64,000 nucleotides of DNA from Octopus sinensis (GCF_006345805.1 NC_043001.1:82212001-82276000), one strand, 5' to 3'; shown: positions 40,899-55,078, counted from the first letter of the stretch. Program-made: numbers and translations. Notes: generated by a model from the letters alone, not told the origin.

Positions 40899-41173
40899 AC
40901 ACACACACACACACACACGCACACACACGTATACATTTTTAAAGTGGCTATTCGCAATCTAAAACCTTCATATATATATATATATATATATAATAATATA
41001 TAAATATTAGGGAATAATCCAAATTTACAGGGAAAAATCAGATTTAGGATTTAATCCAATTTTATAGTAAAATATTATATAATATTAATTAGAGACACAA
41101 CCACTATTTTGTAATCAAACAAGGAAAGACTTATCAATACATAAAAAAAATTTTAATATAAAGTAAATAAATC

Positions 41174-41217
41174 GCCACACAATTGTTTCCTGTCTTCAAA
41201 TGACATTCATCAGGTGG
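41174..41217 (-). ncRNA. Degenerate hammerhead-like motif
   Basis: Reverse strand CCAC-CUGAUGA-A-UGUC(AUUUGAA)GACA-G-GAAA-CAAUUG-U-GUGG: palindromic stem III and stem I CCAC/GUGG, but the cleavage nucleotide is missing or G. Confidence 0.35.
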
Positions 41218-41673
41218 ATTTCATATCTAAAAATATCAATTTTTTAAAAAATAAATTTAAAATGGCTAAAACTATAAATAATATAAATTTATCAATGAAA
41301 AAATTAAAAATATATCTATATATAATCTATATATAATCTATATATAATCTATATATAATCAATATATAATCAAGAACTAAAATAACCTCTAAAAGCAATT
41401 GAATATAAAGAAACCTATTATTAAAGGTCTCATATTTAAAGATGAAGAATCTAATTTCAAAAAACAAAAAACAAAAAACAAAAAACAAAAATAAAAACAA
41501 ACTATATATACACACAACTCACACTCCCATATATATCTCTATACATACACATAAACAACTAGGCAACAATAAATTAATAAAATAGCCAAATACTTCAACA
41601 CATTACTTATTCATACTCCCTCAACACACATACAACCCTCATTCATAAACACAATCACTCTGCATGACAACCA

Positions 41674-42220
41674 GCACATTACTAAAGTTACCATTTATTG
41701 AATTTGGCGTAAAAGATTGCTTGTATGCGTAGTATGGTCAAGTGGTTGGGATGATCCTTTTACAACCACGAAGTTCCAGATTCGATCCTATTGCCACAGT
41801 ATATATACACACGACATGATTCTTTCAATTTTCGCCTATCAAAACCAACTCACAAGGCTTTGATCGGACGAGGGCTATTGTAGAAGACACATGCTTAAAA
41901 TGCTGTGCTATGGAGATGAACCTAAGACCATGACTGCTTAAGAAGTGTATTGTTTCCTGAAGGATAAAGGACTAATATGGAAATAAGAAGACACTTAGAT
42001 AAAAAGTGGAAAGTGTGCTGCAGTCGTATTTTCAATATATTATTTTCAGAAGAAAATCTTTCTCCTATGCTCGCCGCCTTTATATACTCATGCACATTAC
42101 TAAAGTTACCACTTACTGAATTTGGCGTAAAAGATTGCTTGTATGCGTAGTATGGTCAAGTGGTTGGGATGATCCTTTTACAACCACGAAGTTTCGGATT
42201 CGATCCTATTGCCGCAGTAT
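41674..42220. repeat. 129-bp direct repeat (41674-41802 and 42092-42220) including a SINE A head
   Basis: Five substitutions, no indels; includes unique flank plus the SINE 5' head. Confidence 0.85.
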
Positions 42221-42625
42221 CTTGGGTGAATGTCATATCCTATAACCTCTGGCTAACGAATATTTTGTGAGTGAAATTGGATCGACGGAAATTGTATAGA
42301 AGCCCATTAGGTGGGTTGTACTCCTAATTCACAAAGGCACAGCCTTGTCACAAACAGTCACAGTGATTCTGCCTCAGAATTACATTAGCTTAGCCACTTA
42401 GACGTTAATTCAGGGGCAGATAACATAGTTGATCCAACCAATGAAATATTATCGTCTAACAACGGTCATCCATCATGGATACATTATTGGACATTGATTA
42501 GGAAAACCAATCAGCCGTGTGTCTGTGTTTCTGCGTACATATGTATATTTTGTGGGTACACAGACACAGACTCACACATACGCACGCACAATTACACGCA
42601 CACACACACCACACATACACACACA

Positions 42626-42700
<75 letters not shown>

Positions 42701-42860
42701 AAATAAAAAGGAGGTTATCAGAATTTTGGATAATTATTTATTTAACGCTTTCATCTCTTTTCGGAGAATCACTATGACTGATTTTACGAACAATATAGGA
42801 TTGTTATGTATAATGTGTGTGTGTGTGAGTGTGTGTGTGACAATGTGTATGTGTGCGTGT

Positions 42861-42899
<39 letters not shown>

Positions 42900-43012
42900 T
42901 GTATGTGTGTGTTAGTTGAATAAGCTGACGCCGATTGGGGAAAAGAATATCCACCTGTTATCTATGCGTATGCATGTATACATGTGTGTGTGTATGTATG
43001 TATGTGTGTGTT

Positions 43013-43065
<53 letters not shown>

Positions 43066-43594
43066 TGTGTGTGTGTGTGTACATGCATATGTGTGTATAT
43101 CTGTGAAGAATTTTCAGAGGATTGGTTAGAGGGAATATTTATATACATGGGAATGGTGTATGTATGATAATATATATATATTATATATATATAATATATA
43201 TTTATTATATATATACGTATGTATGTGTATGCATGTTTTTGTGATCATGTTTGTATGTATATAATATGATAAAGGATTATATTGAAAGATTAAAGATATT
43301 GCACGAAACACAAGAAAAAAGTTACAAATCCTTACAATTCTTTGATTAAATTTACGTAAAGAAGAAATATTAGGTGCAAAGATTATTGTCATTACGGTTA
43401 TTGATGCTGTTGTTGTTCCTGATGTCCTTTAGTCACCTGTCTTATTGAATTAGATCTTTGATAAAAAGCGCTTCATTCTTCACCATTCATATATTTTAGG
43501 CACAGCGTATCAGTGTATAATAGTATCCAATATACTTCTTCGAAAAAATTGCAGAATACAAGTTGAGAAATATTCCACAATATTTATAGGTGCA

Positions 43595-43980
43595 GCAGTG
43601 GCTGTGCTTACCAACCACACGGTTCCGGGTTCAGTCCCACTGTGTGGCACCTTGGGCAAGTGTCTTCTACTATAGCCTCGGGTTGACCAAAGCCTTGTGA
43701 GTGGATTTGGTAAACGGAAACTGAAAGAAGCCCGTCGTATATATGTATATGTGTGTGTGTGTGCGCGTGTGCGTTTGTGTGTCTGTTTGTCCTCCCAACA
43801 TCGCTTGACAACCGATGCTGGTGTGTTTACGTCCCCGTAACTTAGCGGTTCGGCAAAACAGACCGATAGAATACGTACTAGGCTTACAAAGAATAGTTCC
43901 TGTGGGCGATTTGTTCGACTAAAGGCGGTACTCCAGCATGGCCGCAATCAAATGATTGAAACAAGTAAAAGAGTAAAAGA
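43595..43980 (+). mobile_element. SINE family A, near consensus
   Basis: CCAACCACACGGTTCCGGGTTCAGTCCCACTG...GGCACCTTGGGCAAGTGTCTTCT...GAAACAAGTAAAAGAGTAAAAGA. Confidence 0.85.
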
Positions 43981-44233
43981 AAATATCTATATCTGAAGTG
44001 CGAGTTAAGAAACACTCGATGCCTCTACGATTACATTAAGTAACATATTTTGGAGCGAAAGACTATATAATTTATGGAACATTTGGCTGCTATTTCGAGC
44101 ATATCGAGTGACTATGTAGAGGGCGTCTCACATGTAAAAGGATTTAGCTGTATAACCCATTGGTTCGTAAAATTCAATTGATTCTATATGAATATAAAGA
44201 TGATTGATATGTAATATCATTAGACCTAGATAA

Positions 44234-44323
<90 letters not shown>

Positions 44324-44904
44324 GTATTCTAAATTTCTTGTGACTCATACTATTTAGTTGCTATTTCAACAACTTCAACTTTAGCATTAGTAATGAATAG
44401 AGTTATAATAACTAGAACTGCTAAACATTCTTCAGAATTTGAAAAAAAAAGTGAGTTATGTCTACGTCAAAGAACGCAGAGATTTTGGATTTTGTGAGTC
44501 AGTAAAATGCGTTATTTCTTCAAGGGCTTGATACGATGCCAATATTTTGACAATGTGTTCATTTTGTATCCCTGCTGATTTTTCATTTTTACTATTAAAA
44601 TATGAATAAAACATTGACACATCGAATTTCCCTTGCTGAATGGAATATTTTGGAATAATTTAGATGTATAGCATTCTGGTATTTCTTTCCTGGCTCGGTT
44701 GTAATCTTACCGATTCCTCGTGAATTACTGCACACTTTGGTGACATTGTTGGGTTATATATTTCATCAGTGCAGTCGTTATACAATGAGCACATGAATAC
44801 TATATTCTGACTCAAGTTTTACAGGTTTGGCTCGGATTAGTAATCTGTAGTAGGAGCCATATGCTTGAAACATTTAGAATCCACGCTATTATTACCTGTT
44901 CTTA

Positions 44905-45180
44905 AGGCGGCGAGCTGGCAGAAACGTTAGCACGCCGAGTGAAATGCTTAGCCGTATTTTGTCTGCCGCTACGTTCTGAGTTCAAATTCCGCCGAGGTCG
45001 ACTTTACCTTTCATCCTTTCGGGGTCGATTAAATACGTACCAGTTACTCACTGGAGTCGATATAATCGACTTAATCCGTTTGTCTGTCAATTGTTTGTCC
45101 TCTCTGTGTTTAGCCCTTTGTGGGTTGTAAAGAAATTGAAATAGTTATTTCATCTGCCGCAACGTTCTGAGTTCAAAAAT
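44905..45180 (+). mobile_element. SINE family B tail type 1 followed by a truncated second monomer
   Basis: Full element AAGGCGGCGAGCTGG...AAAGAAAT, then GTTATTTCATCTGCCGCAACGTTCTGAG. Confidence 0.85.
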
Positions 45181-45745
45181 TTTTTGTCTCATGTGCTAAC
45201 GATTCTGCTAGATCACTGCCTTAGTGTTCTGTAATAATGTGAGTGAATCACCACGTATACCTGTTACTTTCGACTTGCTTCAGTCATTGGAGTCTGGCCA
45301 TGCTGGGATAGACCTGTACATATACGAGTATTATAAATTTTATTTTTACTATGGGAAATTATTGCTCTGTTTACGAGTTTTTGCTTTAAGAGCGGTCTCC
45401 GGAAACAAATTAATTCGTATATGGCGGCATTACTGCACCTTTTTCTAGGTTTAGTACTTATTCTATCGGTCTCTTCCGCTGAACCACTAGGTTACAGGAA
45501 TGTAAACATACCAACATCTGGTGTCAAGAAGTAGTAAGCAATAAACACAAAGACACACAAACATATCGGTGCCCCAGCATTTGTACGCCTGACACACATC
45601 TTTCGTCTAGTAAATTTAGTCATGGCTTGTGCATATGTATGTGTGTGCGCGTGTGTGTGTTGTGCGTGTGTTGTGTGTGTGTGTGTGCAAGTTTGCGTGC
45701 GAGTATACCTTCCTTCATACAATGTGTGCTAGCCTTTTCACTTTT

Positions 45746-45777
<32 letters not shown>

Positions 45778-46298
45778 TGTATGTATGTATGTATGTATGT
45801 GTGGTGTGTGTGTGTGTATGTATGTATGTATGTATGTATGTATGTATGTATGTATGTATGTATGAATGTATCTATATAACAGTAAAATTAACAGACTATA
45901 TTATAAGCATGCCAAAGGGAGATAAAAAAACCAATAATTGACTGTTTCAAGCCATTAATTATCATAATATAAATTCGTAATACAGTAAAAGAAAAATAAA
46001 TGTGGATTAAATTACATTCCATTATGCAAACAAGTTTTAAGAATTCATAGATGATTGCTATATATCATTGCGAGATTACATTACGAAAAGCATTTTAAAT
46101 AACGGTTTAATTACAACTGTAGGATACAACATGGCTTTTGAAAAGGTGTTTTTATGTATATATATATATATATTTACTGTGGAATGTGTGGTGCAATGTT
46201 GAATATTTTGCAATAAATTAATGCAGATATGTATCTAAATATATATTGCAGGTTTTCTTTGAAAGAATGTATTGCCAAATAACACACACCTACACACG

Positions 46299-46362
<64 letters not shown>

Positions 46363-46436
46363 TATACATATACATATACAATAAATATATATACATATAC
46401 ATATACTTATACATATATATATACATATACATATAT

Positions 46437-46482
<46 letters not shown>

Positions 46483-46642
46483 TATATATATATATATATA
46501 ATATATAATATATAGATATATATATATAATATATATTATATATATAATAGAATGAGAATTCACGAAAAAAAACAAAAGACAAAGACAGGTGGTGTAGAAA
46601 ACAAACAGATGTATTAGTATAACGCTCAGGAATTGAAAATGT

Positions 46643-46678
46643 CTTTTACGTTTCGAGCCTACGCTCTTCTACAGAAAG
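46643..46678 (-). ncRNA. Minimal hammerhead-like motif with variant core, in a Penelope-like terminal fragment
   Basis: Reverse strand CUUU-CUGUAGA-A-GAGC(GUAG)GCUC-GAAAC-GUA-AAAG. Stems are intact; the core is CUGUAGA rather than CUGANGA. Confidence 0.5.
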
Positions 46679-46734
46679 GATCACTGAAAGAAACATGGAG
46701 ACAAAAAAAATGTGTGTGTGGTGTAGCTACCTAT

Positions 46735-46795
<61 letters not shown>

Positions 46796-46796
<1 letters not shown>

Positions 46797-47189
46797 TAGC
46801 AGTATCGCCCGGCGTTGCTCGGGTTGTAAGGGAAATAACTATATAAGCATTTTTAGAGATGTAAAGTATAATACCCGTCTCAATATGGTTAACTACAAAG
46901 GGGGGGGGGGGTTACTGTAGCTTTTTACGTTCTGAATATTAATAATAATTTTTAGAGAGTTACTTCCCTTAATATGCCAAAAATGCATTAAAAATGGGAA
47001 AAATTGATGGTAATTTTTTTTAAAAATCGTAGACTCATCGTAGACGCGCGCTAATACCCAGGAGGGCTCGATATGAATAACGACTATAAGATACCGGTTT
47101 TGGTTAAACTGCACCGCGAAAATGTGGAGTAGTAGTTAGGAATCTAAACGTAGGAGACAGACAGCACACACTCACTTTTATATATAAGA
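46796..47189 (-). mobile_element. Non-autonomous Helitron, longer copy
   Basis: 5' TC, 3' CTAG preceded by hairpin CCCGAGCAACGCCGGG, inserted between A and T with no TSD; homologous to 60545-60829. Confidence 0.8.
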
Positions 47190-47590
47190 TATATATATAT
47201 ATAATATATAATATATATATATTGTTGCTATTATGCTAAACTGTTGTATGTCCAAATTTGGCCAATTGCTCTTTTTTTTCGATATTTATTTTTACTTGCA
47301 ATAGCCGGTTCTTTTAGTCAAACTATCGTATCTCCAGCTGCTTCATATGCCAAGATATCAAAAATTGGCGAAGTATAGTAGAACGGTTTTGCTATGGAAT
47401 GGCCCTAAACAATTTTTTTCATTTTCTGAAAATAGCAACGTTTTGGACTTACGACACTTTTACATAATAGCAATAATATATATCTATACATGTATATGTA
47501 TGTACATCTTCTTTTACTTGCTTCAGTCATCGGACTGCGACCATGCTAGAGCATTGCTTTGAAGGGTTTCATCGAACAAATCGAACTTAG

Positions 47591-48512
47591 TGTAGGGCAC
47601 CGCCCAAGAAGTTATGACAGAGGGATTGTAGACAGGAATTTCGCTGTGGGCTAGCTAGGGAGCTGGTCTGCGGCGAAGTTGACTTCCTGTTAAGCGGGTT
47701 TCTACGAAGGAGGAGTTGACTGGCAGCTGTCGCCCTCATGTGTTCAAATATATAAATCTTTCACTAACACATTCTGAGTCTCCGTTAATTCTTTTGTGTC
47801 TAGCTTAACTAAAGTTATAACTGGTGACCCTACTGAAGAACAACAGCTTTCGCTTCGCACATCGAAGTACACAGAAAATCAAAGAAACATGGCTAGCGAT
47901 CACACAACAACACTGAAGCTACCACAATTCTGGCCCAAGAGGGCTGAGTTATGTTTCGCGCAGACGTAAACGCAATTTAACATATGCAAAATAACTTCAG
48001 ATCTAACGAAATATTCGTGCGTAGTAGCGGCCCTAAGTGAGGATTGGACCAAGGCCTGCACCCCCTGTCTATAAACCAGAGTCCATCAGCACACCAAAGC
48101 ACCCCTCGGCAACTATGAATCACTACTGGCCAGTTTCATCCATGTCAACATTGACCTTGTCGGCCATCTACCACCTTCATAGGTTGCTCCTACCTACGGA
48201 CCTTGGTAGACCACTACACTCGTTGGCCTAAGGCTATCCGTCTCCGCAGCACGGAAACGCAAGAAATCAGCCGAGCCTTTATCACAAACTGGGTTGCCCG
48301 TTTCGGTGTCCCAGTCAGCATCTCATCCGATCGGGGTCCACAGTTCACCTCAAAGGTGTGGAATGACATGTGTGACCTTTTTGGAATCACAATGAAGCGC
48401 ACAACAGCCTATCATCCACAGGCCAAAGGGTTAGTGGAGAGATTTCACCACCGCCTGAACAAATCCTTGACAACCAAAGTTAACTGGCCCAATTGGATTG
48501 ATCAACTTCCAA
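47591..48512 (+). mobile_element. Gypsy LTR retrotransposon remnant (CsRn1-like): 5' LTR, PBS, gag start fused to integrase core
   Basis: LTR TGTAGG...(47591-~47819); PBS TGGTGACCC (tRNA-Trp-like) at 47822; gag MASDHTTTLKLPQFWP from 47889; integrase HVNIDLVG...VDHYTRWP...SDRGPQFTS...TTAYHPQAKGLVERFH. Confidence 0.88.
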
Positions 48513-48545
48513 GTTCTACATTTAGAAATACGCACGGAGACTACT

Positions 48546-48591
<46 letters not shown>

Positions 48592-49329
48592 GTGTATATA
48601 TATTGCCTGTACATTTTTGTATATGTATGTAGGCATATACCAACGTTTGTGTGTTTAGTGTATGTATAGGTTCTTTGGTACGTGTACTATTATAATGTTA
48701 GGTTTCTGTAAGGGAATATTTTTAATATAAACAGACATAAATTTTAATTTATTTTACCATGAATTAATTTACCCTGGGTATACATTTTTTTCCTTCTACT
48801 AATGCTAATTTTTGATTTAAGATTTTCTTCGATTTTAAATTATATGATTTTAAATCATAATTTTAATTTCATGTAACCGGTTATTGAAAAGACTCTGAAT
48901 TGAAAGGACCAATTAATCAAAACCAATTTCAAATGTGTATCCATCAATGTATTGTATATTTATATATATAGCTTTATTTTTTGTTCCATTCCCCACCAAA
49001 ACTGTCTGACGAACGGGAACATGAAACTTTGAGTAAACAGTTTTTGTGATGTCTCTGCAGCTTTATTAATAAAGTATTTATATATACATACATACATACA
49101 TACATACATACATACATACATACATACATACATACATACATACATACATACATACATACATACATACGTACATATATACGACAGGCTTCTTTCGGTTTCC
49201 GTCTACCAAATCTACTCACAAGGCTTTCGTCGGCCTGACGCTATAGTAAGAAGACACTTGCCCAAGGTGCAATGCAGTGGTACTGAACCTGGAACCATGA
49301 GATTGGGAAGCAAGCTTCTTGTCACACGC

Positions 49330-49370
<41 letters not shown>

Positions 49371-49629
49371 GTGCGTTTTGTATGTTTTGTATGTTTGTGT
49401 TTTCAACACTCTTGGAAAATGATATTGGCCTACGCTCCCGTATACTAGCGGTTCGGCAAAAGTACACCGATAGAATAAGTACTGGAGTCGATTTGATAGA
49501 TTAAATCCTTGAAGACTGCACCTCCAACATGACTGCAATCCAATGACTAAGGGCGAGTGAAATCTAAAAGATGCACATACACACATTCTCTCATATGAAA
49601 ATTTACGAAGAATAAATCTATATATCAGA

Positions 49630-50072
49630 AAGTACTAATAATCCTTTCTACTCTAGGCACAACAGCTGAAATTTAGTGGGAGGAGACTAGTCGATTACAT
49701 TGACCCCAGTGCTTAACTGGTACTTATTTTGTTGACTCCGAAAGGATAAAGGACGAAGTCGAACCCGACGCAATTTGAACTTAAAACATGAAGGTAGAAG
49801 AAATACTGCTAAGCATTTCGCCCGGCGTGCTAGCGGTTCTTATTTCTTTATTACCCACAAGGGGCTAAACATAGCGGGACAAACAAGAACAGACACAAGG
49901 ATTAAGTCGATTACATCGACCCCAGTGCGTAACTGGTACATATTTAATCGACCCCAAAAGGATGAAAGGCAAAGTGGACCTCGGCGGAATTTGAACTCAG
50001 AACGTAACGGCAGACGAAATACCGCTAAGCACTTCGCCCGGCGTGCTAACGTTTTTGACAGCTCGCTGCCTT
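49630..50072 (-). mobile_element. Two adjacent SINE family B units (tail1 then tail2)
   Basis: Same cores as the 35075 array; here the second monomer starts ~17 nt into the head. Confidence 0.85.
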
Positions 50073-50479
50073 AAAGGAAGTACTAATGATAAATATATAT
50101 ATAACAGGCGGAACAAAAATAAAAAGTAAAAAGAATTATTCCCACGTCATCGTATTATCATCGTCGCCGCCATTATTACTGTCGTCATCGTCATCATCAT
50201 TTCTCTCTCTGTGGATTATCGCGGTTTCACCGTTACCACACGCGAGACCGAATAGCATGGCTTTGTGGCGTCAACAGACATTAGATACAGTTACGGAACT
50301 GATATAGTGGAAAGGAGACACAACAGATATATTGTGTGTGTGGGCATGTATGTATGTATGTATGTATGTATGTATGTATGTATGTATGTATGTATGTATG
50401 TATGTATGTAGCATGTGCCGGTGTGCGTGTGTATACATATACGTGTGTGTATGTGTGTGTATTCTTTTATTCTTTCGTT

Positions 50480-51156
50480 TTTTTTTTTATTTGCTTCAGT
50501 CTTCTGACTGCGGCAATGCTGGAGCACCGCCTTGAAGAGTATTTAGTGGAATGTATCGATCCCAGCCTGGTACTTATTCTGTTTCCCTTTTGTTAGCCGG
50601 TAAGTTGTGGGGTTGTAAACACACCAGCACCGGTTGTCAAACAGCGGTGAGAGACAAACACAGATACAAAGACACGCACGCGCAATACAATACACACGCG
50701 CGCACACACACACACACACACGCACATACACACACGCACACACGTATACACGCACACATATATACGACGGGCTTCTTTCAGTTTCCGTCCACCATATTCC
50801 TTAACAAGGCTTTGGTCGGGTCGTTTTATAGTAGAGGACACTTATCCAAGGTACCACGCTGGGAGACTGAACCCCGAACCATGTGGTTGGGAAGAAAGCT
50901 TCTTATTTCTTTATTGCACACAAGTGGCTAAACATAGAGGGGACAAACAAGGACAGACAAAGAGATTAAGTCGATTACACCGACCCCAGTGCGTAACTGG
51001 TACTTAATTTATCGACCCTGAAAGGATGTAAGGCAAAGTCGACCTCGTCGGAATTTGAACTCAGAACGTAACGGCAGACGAAATACTGCTAACCATTTCG
51101 CCCGGCGTGCTAACGCTTCTGCCAGTTCGCCTTCCTACACCGCCACGCCTGCGCCT
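50480..51156 (-). mobile_element. SINE family A with a complete SINE B (50904-51133) inserted in its tRNA head
   Basis: Sense strand GCAGGCGTGGCGGTGTAGG | AAGGCG...AAAGAAATA | AGAAGCTTTCTTCCCAACCACAT. Confidence 0.85.
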
Positions 51157-51991
51157 ATTTATGTATGTTTGTATATATGTATACATACACACACACATGC
51201 AGACAGAAAGAGGGAGAGAGAGTTAAGTGACAGTGACTGGCACAGATCGAACTCAAGGACATAAAGAAAAAAATGTACAGTAAAGTCTTAGTGGCCAAAT
51301 AAAACCATTTGTTTTTAAGATAAAATAAAATTAAACATCACAAGATAATACTGCAACAAGTACGATGCTAAAAGGGTAAGAGAGAAAGAATAAAGTGCTC
51401 GGGCGAAATACGAAAACAAACAACAGGTAGACGAGAGATTTTATTGGCTAAGAGAATCGCTGAAAGACAGATGAGAGATCGGAGTGGAAACTGAAAGTTG
51501 CATATTGAGAACGGAAAAAAAGAAGAGTAATGAGGAGAGGAATGAAAGAAGAAAGTGAAAGAGGAGAGAGAGAGAGATAGAGAGTGAAAGGAGGGTGAGA
51601 GAAAAGGAAGAGAAAAAGAAAGAAAGAAGTGAGAGAGCGACAAATACAGAGAAATAGAGAATAGTGGGAAATTTGAATAAAGCAACGGTACGTAAGAAAA
51701 TACGACTGTGTGCTTGAAGATCATAAGCGTATGACGAAATATGGAACAGATGGAACAAACGGAATGAATAAACAAAAAATTTCACTCATCAGCTTTCGAT
51801 GTACGAAACAGAATAGCATAACCTTAGTGTCATCAACAACCATGGGTTACAGTTGTTAGGGAATACAGAGATTAGAGACGAGAGACACAAAAGATAAAAT
51901 AAGTATTTAATCTAAGCAACTGAGACACAGAAACCACAACTTTAGTTAAAACATAGCGATGCGCCGGATAGAAAGAGAATTATACATATGT

Positions 51992-52031
<40 letters not shown>

Positions 52032-52335
52032 ATTTCGGGATGGTCATTTTATTTGTTATTATTTTTATGTTTTGCCAAATAAACACACGCACTATATATT
52101 TTTCTTCACTCGTTTATTACTACAGTAAAGATTATTTGCCAACATAACATGGCAGTCCTAGTTTAGATCGAATGCTGTTGTTATTCTATTATTTTAACGC
52201 CCGTCCATCGTCTGGAAATCTTTCGTCACACATCTGTGACCTCTTCAGCGGCACTTTTCGCTTTTCGTTTCTGTGCGTGTTCTTGCTCTCCATTTACTCC
52301 TTGATAAACGTATATATATATATATAGATATATAT

Positions 52336-52366
<31 letters not shown>

Positions 52367-52590
52367 GAGTTTTCCTTCTCCTAGGTGGGCTACTCTCACC
52401 ATGGCTAAGGAGCCCCATCTGCCCATACATATATATATGAATAGATAAAAAAAGTTTAAAATATATGAGATTTAAGAATATAGATAAGATATATAAAACC
52501 AATATATACATATGTGCACACATTTTTGTTGGATGACCGATGACTACTAAAGAGTTCCTCCGCCCTTTGAATCGTATGTGTGAGTGTGTG

Positions 52591-52682
<92 letters not shown>

Positions 52683-52764
52683 AAGTAAATATAAGCGTGT
52701 GTGCGCGCGCACATGTGTGAGAGTGCAGTATTTGTGTAGGTTTGTCTCTTGAGAAGGCTCCTTT

Positions 52765-52993
52765 GATTCTAGAATACATTGGAGGATTGCAAAAGCCAGC
52801 AAAGCTTTTGGAAACCTCGAAAATCGTGTGTGGTCTGACAGCGATATCATTGCCAAAATGTCCTAACTGCCCTTTTATATTCTCCTGAGATTTGCACTAC
52901 GTATTGTCATCACAACAAAGTCTTGGAAAGATTCCATCAAACTTGCCTAAAGAGACTCTTATACATCAAATGGCAGTCTCTAACACCAGACGC
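52765..52993 (+). mobile_element. RTE-clade LINE fragment
   Basis: RIAKASKAFGNLENRVWSD...LLYSPEICTTY...LERFHQTCL..IKWQ, with frameshifts. Confidence 0.7.
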
Positions 52994-53149
52994 CGTTGTT
53001 CATTAGCGAGCCAACACCTCCAGAGTTGAAGTACCCCTCATACGCAATCAGATGTGTTGGGCTGGGCACCTTACTAGAATGCAGGATAAGTTGTTTCACT
53101 AGAAGTATAGTTTCGAAATATAAACAAAAGAAAAGTTTTAAGGATGCGT

Positions 53150-53590
53150 CAAAAACAACGTTCGGCAAAAATACCCGGCATTGGTTAACAGAAAGTGAAC
53201 TCTTCTGCAGCAAGACAACGCAAAACCTTATACAGCTCGAACGACTCGGGATTACATCCAGGAACTTGAGGGAATCGAACTGGTGCCACACGCAGCATAT
53301 AGCGCGAACCTGTCCCCTCAGGTAAATATTTGTTCCGATCCATGGTTCACTTCCTGCGCTTGCGATGCTTCGTTAACCAACAGGAGGTGGAAGCTTCAAC
53401 GAAAGAGTTCTTCGCCTCGAAGGACAAGAACTGGTGTCAGCGTGGGATCAAAGAACTAGCAGAAAGGTGGCTTCAGGCGGTGCAACACGTCTTTTGTTGT
53501 AACTTGACGAATAAAGCCAATAAGTTACCAAAATATTGCAAAACTTTTGACTCAAAACAACAGTTAACTTTCGGCATGCCACACATATTT
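53150..53590 (+). mobile_element. Mariner transposase C-terminal fragment (second family)
   Basis: LVNRK*TLLQQDNAKPYTA...IELVPHAAYSANLSP...LFRSMVHFL...EFFASKDKNW..GIKELAERW. Confidence 0.8.
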
Positions 53591-53727
53591 TGAATGATGT
53601 TCTCTGTGAATATCAATATGATACAAACATCTCTGGTTCTTGACCTTTACTTTGAAATATGCGTGTTTGTACGTGTGTGTAATTTTGTTTGTGTTTGCAA
53701 TTCTACGACACATGCGCACACCCATAC

Positions 53728-53770
<43 letters not shown>

Positions 53771-53941
53771 TGTGTATGGTCATATAAACATATATAGATA
53801 TCAACACGTTTCAAATTTTAAAGAAGCACACACACACACACACTTACATACACACATAAAAACATGTGTGCGTTGACATATAAAGCCGCATACCTACATA
53901 AATATGTACGTGTATAATCATATAGACTACATATCACTCCC

Positions 53942-53993
<52 letters not shown>

Positions 53994-54186
53994 GGGGTGT
54001 ATGTGTGTGTGTGTGTGTTTATTTCCACGAATATATGCGTGAAATGTGTTCTGTCGGTAGATGTTACATATGTGTGTGTGTGGTGTGTGTGTGTATGTGT
54101 GTGTTTGTGTGTGTGCACGCATGTGCATATGTATGTATTACACATATGTATACACATGCATGGATATCTATATGTGCATGCACATC

Positions 54187-54251
<65 letters not shown>

Positions 54252-54285
54252 ATATATATATGTATATATACGAGAAAGAAGCATG

Positions 54286-54323
<38 letters not shown>

Positions 54324-54519
54324 ATTATATATATATCAGTATTTTCTCCCTACAGCTTTCCACATATTCACTATATATTTTTTTCTTGTTCCGTTGTTGC
54401 CATTAATTAGATTCTTCAAATAACAGATTTTTACCGTTTCCTTCTTCCCTACCTTCGGCCTCACCCTCTCCTCGTCCCCTCGCACTGTCACAACCACACA
54501 ACGACTATTTATTTATTTT

Positions 54520-55041
54520 CTGTTTGTTTTCTTTGTTTTCTGTATTTATTCTCTTTTTCTTGCTTTCTTTTTTATATATTTATTTATTTATTTATTCCTT
54601 TCATATCTTTTGCGTTCTCTCTCTATATATATATCTATCTATCTATCTCTCTGTTGTTCATTCTCTCCCTTTTCTATCTCTCTCTCTCTCTCAATTTCTC
54701 TTCTTTTCCCTCTTTGTCTCTCTCTTACCCTTATTACCTCGACCTCTTTCTGCCACTCTCTTTCTCCTTTCTATCTTTCTCTTTTTCTCTCGCTGTCTCT
54801 CTATTTCATACTCTTCAACACTTTCTCTCACTGTCTCTTACGTTCTCGTTCTTTACCTCTCTACCTCTCTGTCTGTCTCACTCTCTCCGCTTCTTGCTCT
54901 TTCACTCGGTCACTCACTTCCCTCTCACACCCCTTATTCTCTGTCACTCTCTACATTTTCAATGTCTCTCTCTCCCTCTCACTGTCCCTCTATCACACTC
55001 CTCTCTCTCACCTCTTATTCGCTGTCACTCTACATCTTCAA

Positions 55042-55078
<37 letters not shown>

